Positions 60,201 through 64,000 of a DNA stretch of 64,000 bases are shown in pieces. Source of the DNA: Thermoanaerobaculia bacterium. GTDB taxonomy: Bacteria; Acidobacteriota; Thermoanaerobaculia; UBA5066. The notes beneath the pieces are model-generated. The model made no database searches. It was not told where the DNA came from and saw only the letters and a program-made list of their open reading frames with translations. Where the stretch lies: the NCBI GenBank assembly GCA_038245905.1, contig JBBRRY010000018.1, forward strand, positions 1-64,000, written 5' to 3'. The position numbers and the translations under genes are program-made. Numbering within the stretch: position 1 is the first letter of the stretch; every line of letters begins with the position of its first letter.

Positions 60201-60378
60201 GCTCCAGGACCTCGGCCGACGCGCCCGGGTACACCGCGACGACCTGCACGACCGGCGGCGCGATCTCGGGATACTGCGCGATCGGCAGGTTGCGCATCGC
60301 CGCGAGGCCGGCGAGCGTGATGAAGATGGAAAGGACGAACGCGAAGACGGGCCGGTCGATGAAGAAGCGCGAGATCAT
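57247..60378 (-). CDS. RND multidrug efflux permease (HAE1/AcrB family)
   Basis: MISRFFIDRPVFA, PIAQYPEIAPP, GIVVDDAIVVLENVER, AKNAILIVE, RFRPILMTS. Confidence 0.95.
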   Translation of the reverse strand: MISRFFIDRPVFAFVLSIFITLAGLAAMRNLPIAQYPEIAPPVVQVVAVYPGASAEVLEQTVAALLENAINGVEHMMYMASTSSGNGLLTITVTFEIGTNIDQASVDVSNLVKQVEAKLPQEVRRQGVTVFKGSSAFLQVVAFYSPDESLDDIYTSNYVTLNVLDVLKRVPGTTNVQIFGAKDYAMRIWIKPDRMTQLGVTTSDIAAALNEQNAQFAAGKIGQMPTGGSQETVYTITTKGRLSTPEEFENVILRSNRGGTTLRLKDVARVELGAKDYDFLGRINGKPATLIGIFLQPGSNALAVGDEVTRTLARLAESFPKGLSYRIAFDTTRFVEVSITEVVKTLLEAIVLVFLVVFLFLQNWRATLIPVVAVPMSLLGTFAGLYALHYSINTLTLFGMVLAIGIVVDDAIVVLENVERIMHETHASARDAAIQAMEEVSGPVVAIVLVLCAVFVPIAFLGGLTGELYRQFAITISISVVLSGVAALVLTPALCVLIMKREHKETGRFFTWFNDWFHRVTTRYIGGVRVLFRRSSVAAVVFLVMVAVTAVLWKTTPTSLVPDEDQGYYIGAVYLPDGASLERTDRVVSQVVAAIRSNPANKDIIAFTGFDFLGGGYKNSAATMFVVQEPWEKRKVPVTALVGELFGKTAGIKEALVLAFNPPAIFGLGNTGGFEMYIQNKGDGGPKQLAQALGAFLGAVHGEKQLGLVNTLWRAATPQLYVDVDREQAKALGVPLDEAFNTLAATLGSYYVNDFNKSGRAWQVLMSADAQYRKRPEDIGRMYVRSKTGAMVPVSAFAKVQFSSGPDSLDRYNNLPAVKLFGAGAPGVSSGQALAAVEKVAKASLPPGFTFDWTGSSFQEKRSSGSSGLALGAGAIMVFLILAALYERWTLPVSVLLALPFGTFGALVAVNLRGFTNDVYFQIGLVTLLGLAAKNAILIVEYALMKWQQGWHPAAAALEAARLRFRPILMTSLAFILGVLPLAVSTGAGAGARKSVGTGVMGGMLAATGLAVFFIPLFFKFIVTRRLATTAEEMERPAEKPKE

Positions 60379-60389
60379 GGGGAGCCCGC

Positions 60390-61568
60390 TCAGTTCCCGA
60401 GCGGCGACGGCTTCACCGGAGCGCCGGGGAAGAAGATGCGCGCGACGCCGTCGACGATCACTTTGTCGCCCGCCTTCAGCCCCTTCCGGATCACCCAGGC
60501 GTTCTTCTCGTTCCCGGAAAGGCGCACCCATTCGCCGACCTCGACGGGATGCGGCTCGGCGACGGGTCCGGCCTTGCCTTCTCCAACCACGTAGACGAAC
60601 TTGCCGGTGGGGGCGTCCTGCACCGCCCGCTGCGGAATCGCCATGGCCCCGGGCCTCTTCGCCCCCGCGAGAATGACCTTCACGAACTGCCCCGGCGCGA
60701 GCATCCCGTCCGCGTTCGGAAACGTGGCCCGGAGAGAGAAGCTGCCCGTCGCGGCGTCGGCCTTGTAGTCCTCGAAGTTCACCTTGCCCGTTGGGCCGAG
60801 CGGCGCGCCGTCGGACGACCGGAGACGAACGGCGAAGCCGCCCTTCGGCAGCGCGAGGGCGCCCGAGAGGGTCTCCGCCTTCCGCGTCCTCTGCTCGGCC
60901 TCGGCCACGCCGAAGTTCACGTCGATCGGATCCGTCTGCGCAATCGAGGTCAGCAGGCTGTCGCCCTGCGCGTTCGCGAGGCTCCCCTCCACCTTCAGCG
61001 CGCGCCCCGCCACACCCGCGAGCGGCGCCTTCACGTCCGTGTAGGCGAGTTCGATGCGGGCGGACGCGAGCCGGGCCTTCGCGGACTCGATCGCGGCATG
61101 CGCGAGATCCGCGTTCGAGAGCGCGTCGTCGACTTCCTTGGGGCTCACGACCTTCTTCTGGCCGAGGAGCTTGTAGCGCTCGAGATCCCGCGCCGCCTGC
61201 CTGTCGCGCGACTCGGCCTGGGCGAGGTCGGCCTCGGCAACGTTGACCTGCGCCTGGAAGGTCCTCGGGTCGATCTTGAAGAGCGTCTGACCCGCGGCGA
61301 CGCGGGAGCCCTCGGTATAGAGCCGCTGCTGGATGATCCCGGTGACCTGCGCGCGCACCTCGACCTCGCGCGAGCCTGCAACCTGCCCCACGTACTCGAA
61401 CTCCACGTCCACGTCCTTCGGCTCGGCGACGACGAACGCCACGTCGGTGGGCGGCGGTCCGGGGGGAGGGGCGCTCTTGCCCTTGCACCCGGACAACGCG
61501 AGAGGAACGACGAGGGCTGCGGTGATGAGGGGGGCGACGAGGACGGCGGACTTGAGATGGGTTCGCAT
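60390..61568 (-). CDS. RND periplasmic adaptor (MFP) lipoprotein
   Basis: Lipobox LSGC; EVRAQVTGII..EGSRV..LFKID; TDVKAP; IPQRAV. Confidence 0.92.
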   Translation of the reverse strand: MRTHLKSAVLVAPLITAALVVPLALSGCKGKSAPPPGPPPTDVAFVVAEPKDVDVEFEYVGQVAGSREVEVRAQVTGIIQQRLYTEGSRVAAGQTLFKIDPRTFQAQVNVAEADLAQAESRDRQAARDLERYKLLGQKKVVSPKEVDDALSNADLAHAAIESAKARLASARIELAYTDVKAPLAGVAGRALKVEGSLANAQGDSLLTSIAQTDPIDVNFGVAEAEQRTRKAETLSGALALPKGGFAVRLRSSDGAPLGPTGKVNFEDYKADAATGSFSLRATFPNADGMLAPGQFVKVILAGAKRPGAMAIPQRAVQDAPTGKFVYVVGEGKAGPVAEPHPVEVGEWVRLSGNEKNAWVIRKGLKAGDKVIVDGVARIFFPGAPVKPSPLGN

Positions 61569-61597
61569 CGCGGGGGCGAATGGTACCCGAGTGCCGT

Positions 61598-62470
61598 TCA
61601 GAGCCCCTCCAGGAACTCCCGCGCGACCTCCGCCACTCTCCGGTGCTTGCCCGCGACCTCGTAGTTCAGCTTCCGCATCGCGGGGCTCGTGATCTTTCCC
61701 GCCAGCTCCTCGAGCGCCGTGCGAATCCGGGGATCGTGCGCGAGGCACTCCTCGCGCACCACGAACGCGGCTTCGTACGGCGGGAAGTAAGAGAGATCGT
61801 CGTCGAGCGCGACGACGTCCATCGCCGACAGCTGGCCGTCCGTGGAGTTCGCGGCCACCATGTCGACGTCCCTGTGCTGGAGCGCCTCGTAAAGGAGGCC
61901 GAGGTCCATCGTCCTCGGCGTTCCCCTGAGCGGAAGGCCGTACGTCTTCTGCAGCCCCGCGAGGCCGTCGGGCCGCTGGAGGAATTCGTAGCCGACGCCG
62001 AGCGCCCACGGCTCCTTCCGCTTCGCCGCCTGGCTCAGCGTCTTGATCCCGCCGGCTCGCGCGTCCGCGCCGCGGATCACCATCGCGAACGTGTCGTCGA
62101 AGCCGAGGGGGCTCATCCACGAAAGCTTCCACCGCGTGCGGTACGCCTCCGCGACCGTCCGCGCCACGGCCTTCCGGTCGGACGAGAGGGGCAGCTTCAG
62201 CACCGCCGAGAGCGCGGTGCCGGTGTACTCGGGATAGAGGTCGATCTGCCCGGCCACCAGCGCGGCGTGCGCGACGAGCGTTCCGCCGAGGTCCAGCTTC
62301 CGCGTCACCTTCGCTCCGAGCCGCCGCTCGAGCTGCTGCGCCGCGATCTCGCCGAGGAGCGACTGCTCCGTGAAATTCTTCGAGGCTACGACGAGCGTTG
62401 GTGGACGCGCGCAGCCGGCCGCGAGAGCCGCCGCGAGCGTCAGGCCGGCGAGAAACGTCGCTCGAGCCAT
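61598..62470 (-). CDS. Osmoprotectant (glycine betaine/choline) ABC substrate-binding lipoprotein
   Basis: Lipobox AAGC; SKNFTEQ, IDLYPEYTGT, FPPY. Confidence 0.9.
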   Translation of the reverse strand: MARATFLAGLTLAAALAAGCARPPTLVVASKNFTEQSLLGEIAAQQLERRLGAKVTRKLDLGGTLVAHAALVAGQIDLYPEYTGTALSAVLKLPLSSDRKAVARTVAEAYRTRWKLSWMSPLGFDDTFAMVIRGADARAGGIKTLSQAAKRKEPWALGVGYEFLQRPDGLAGLQKTYGLPLRGTPRTMDLGLLYEALQHRDVDMVAANSTDGQLSAMDVVALDDDLSYFPPYEAAFVVREECLAHDPRIRTALEELAGKITSPAMRKLNYEVAGKHRRVAEVAREFLEGL

Positions 62471-63057
62471 CCGAGCCCTCCATCCACGACAAGCGCGAGA
62501 AGCGCGGCCGGCACGGCGCCGGACAGGATCAGGTCGACGTCCACCGAGGCAAGCCCGCGGAAGATGAAGACGCCGAGGCCGCCTCCGCCGATCGCCGCGG
62601 CGATCGTGGCCGTGCCCACCGTCGTCACCGCGGCCACGCGCACACCCGCGAGAATCGTCCGCGCCGCGAGCGGCAGCTCGACGCGCACAAGGCGCTGGCG
62701 GGGCGTCATCCCCATCGCCACGGCCGACTCCACGACCGCGGGATCGACGCCGAGAAGTCCCGTCAGCGTGTTTCGGAGGATCGGCAGGAGCGCATAGAGG
62801 ACGAGCGCCACGATCGCGGTGCGCTTGCCGATGCCGCCGATGAAGGGGAGCGGGATCAGGAGCCCGAAAAGCGCGAGGCTCGGCACCGTCTGCAGCACGT
62901 TCGCGAAGCCCAGCACCCACGCGCGCCACGCCGCCTTGCGGCTCAGCCAGATGCCGAGCGGGATCCCGATGAGCGAGGCGATCGAGAGCGCGACGAAGAC
63001 GAGGACGACGTGCTCGACGGTGAGGTCCAGGATCTCGCGCGCGAGGCTGCCCGGCAT
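62440..63057 (-). CDS. Osmoprotectant ABC permease
   Basis: QTVPSLALFG, YALLPILRNT, EAA-like ESAVAMGMT, IGGGGLG. Confidence 0.92.
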   Translation of the reverse strand: MPGSLAREILDLTVEHVVLVFVALSIASLIGIPLGIWLSRKAAWRAWVLGFANVLQTVPSLALFGLLIPLPFIGGIGKRTAIVALVLYALLPILRNTLTGLLGVDPAVVESAVAMGMTPRQRLVRVELPLAARTILAGVRVAAVTTVGTATIAAAIGGGGLGVFIFRGLASVDVDLILSGAVPAALLALVVDGGLGWLERRFSPA

Positions 63058-63809
63058 CAGCTTTCCAGCTTCCAGTCGAGGCCGGCGAGAAACGTCCGGA
63101 CCTCGGGGCTCGCGGCGCCCCCTGCGGTGAGAAATTCCTTCGGCGGCGCGAGCGCCTCGAGGCGGCCATCGTGCAGGAGCGCGACCCGCGTCGCGAGGCC
63201 GAGCGCCTCACGCACGTCGTGCGTCACGAAGAGGGAGGTCTTCTTCCACGTCTTCCGAAGGTGGACGAACTGGCGTTGCAGCTCGAGGCGCGTGATCGGG
63301 TCGAGGGCGCCGAATGGCTCGTCGAGGAGAAGGATCATCGGGTCGGCCGCGAGCGCGCGCGCTACGCCCACGCGCTGGCGCTGCCCGCCGGAGAGCTGCC
63401 TGGGCATCCGCGTCCGGAACTCCGCCGGCGACAGGTCCATCCGCGAGAGCAACTCGTCCACCCGCGTCTCGACGCGCGCCTTCTCCCAGCCCTCGAGCTC
63501 GGGCACGAGCGCGACGTTCTGGGCGACCGTGAAGTGCGGGAAGAGCCCTGCCTCCTGAAGCACGTACCCGATGCCTCGGCGAAGCCGGATGACATCCCAC
63601 TCGCGCGTCGACTTTCCGTCGACGTAGACCTCTCCCGACGTCGGAAAGAGAAGCGCGTTCACCATCCGGAGGGCGGTCGTCTTGCCCGAGCCGCTCCGGC
63701 CGAGCAGCACGAACGTCTCTCCCGCCGCGATCTCGAAGTTCAGATGGCGGAGGACCTCTTTCCCCTGCACGTCGTACGAGACGTCCCGAAAGGCGATCGC
63801 GGGGGGCAT
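63057..63809 (-). CDS. Osmoprotectant ABC ATP-binding protein
   Basis: GRSGSGKTT, LSGGQRQRVGVARALA, LLDEPFGALDPITR. Confidence 0.93.
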   Translation of the reverse strand: MPPAIAFRDVSYDVQGKEVLRHLNFEIAAGETFVLLGRSGSGKTTALRMVNALLFPTSGEVYVDGKSTREWDVIRLRRGIGYVLQEAGLFPHFTVAQNVALVPELEGWEKARVETRVDELLSRMDLSPAEFRTRMPRQLSGGQRQRVGVARALAADPMILLLDEPFGALDPITRLELQRQFVHLRKTWKKTSLFVTHDVREALGLATRVALLHDGRLEALAPPKEFLTAGGAASPEVRTFLAGLDWKLES

Positions 63810-63864
63810 CGGGAAAAGTATAGGGCGGGCGTGATTCGGAAGAAGGTCTCTGGCCGCTCGTGCC

Positions 63865-63999
63865 TCAGCGGTAGTACCCGACCACGTCGAGGATCAGGTG
63901 GACGGTGCCCGGGGCGTCGTTCGTGACCCCCGCGCTTCCGTCGAGCGCGAGCTTGACCTGCGCGTTGTTCGCCCGCGTCGCGCCCTGAGCGAACGAGAG
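63865..63999 (-). CDS. C-terminal end of a probable secreted protein (truncated by window edge)
   Basis: LSFAQGATRANNAQVKLALDG..GTVHLILDVVGYYR*, a recurrent beta-rich C-terminal module. Confidence 0.65.
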   Translation of the reverse strand, partial: LSFAQGATRANNAQVKLALDGSAGVTNDAPGTVHLILDVVGYYR

Positions 64000-64000
64000 C

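Noticed and set aside
27754-60594. Very long antisense ORFs (e.g. 27754-29805, 36037-38919, 41098-43659, 57193-60594)
   Set aside because: They are shadows of rpoD, polA, selB/flavoprotein and the RND gene, caused by GC-rich codon bias; they show no recognisable motifs.
57247-62492. Apparent 1413-aa and 700-aa fusion ORFs in the RND region, and similar 5' extensions (5915, 8803, 18020, 38166)
   Set aside because: The extensions are off-frame overlaps of upstream genes; family-typical N-termini begin at the re-called starts.

Overview
GC-rich bacterial chromosomal segment with about 60 real genes; most of the other ORFs in the six-frame track are GC-rich shadow frames. Gene content and order suggest Acidobacteriota, possibly Thermoanaerobaculia-like; this is inference. 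Most of the window is core genome: the nrdJ 3' end, rpsU-mutS2-dnaG-rpoD-tRNA(CAT), RNase H, yggS, divIVA, hutI, polA, selB, ubiX/ubiA-like, a transsulfuration pair, an RND pump and an osmoprotectant ABC transporter. No CRISPR array, IS element or prophage was seen. The standout is a self-contained locus at about 4.9-12.9 kb. Its regulatory part is a heme-c-sensing histidine kinase, an archaemetzincin protease and a sigma54 activator. Its structural operon has a clear -24/-12 promoter and encodes a Cys-rich mini-protein, an unannotated 28-aa membrane peptide, a Tat-exported 4x[4Fe-4S] protein, an NrfD/HybB membrane subunit, a triheme cytochrome and two membrane-anchored GcvH-fold proteins that both lack the lipoyl lysine. 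It has no catalytic subunit. Other notable signals: pervasive leaderless-type promoters (TANNNT 6-10 nt before start codons), two probable CTG starts, one Crp/Fnr box placed to serve both nnrS and a divergent diguanylate cyclase, a sigma54-type comEA-pseudopilin promoter, and a BrnT/BrnA module flanked by gene relics. All family calls come from motif recognition by eye; no database searches were run.
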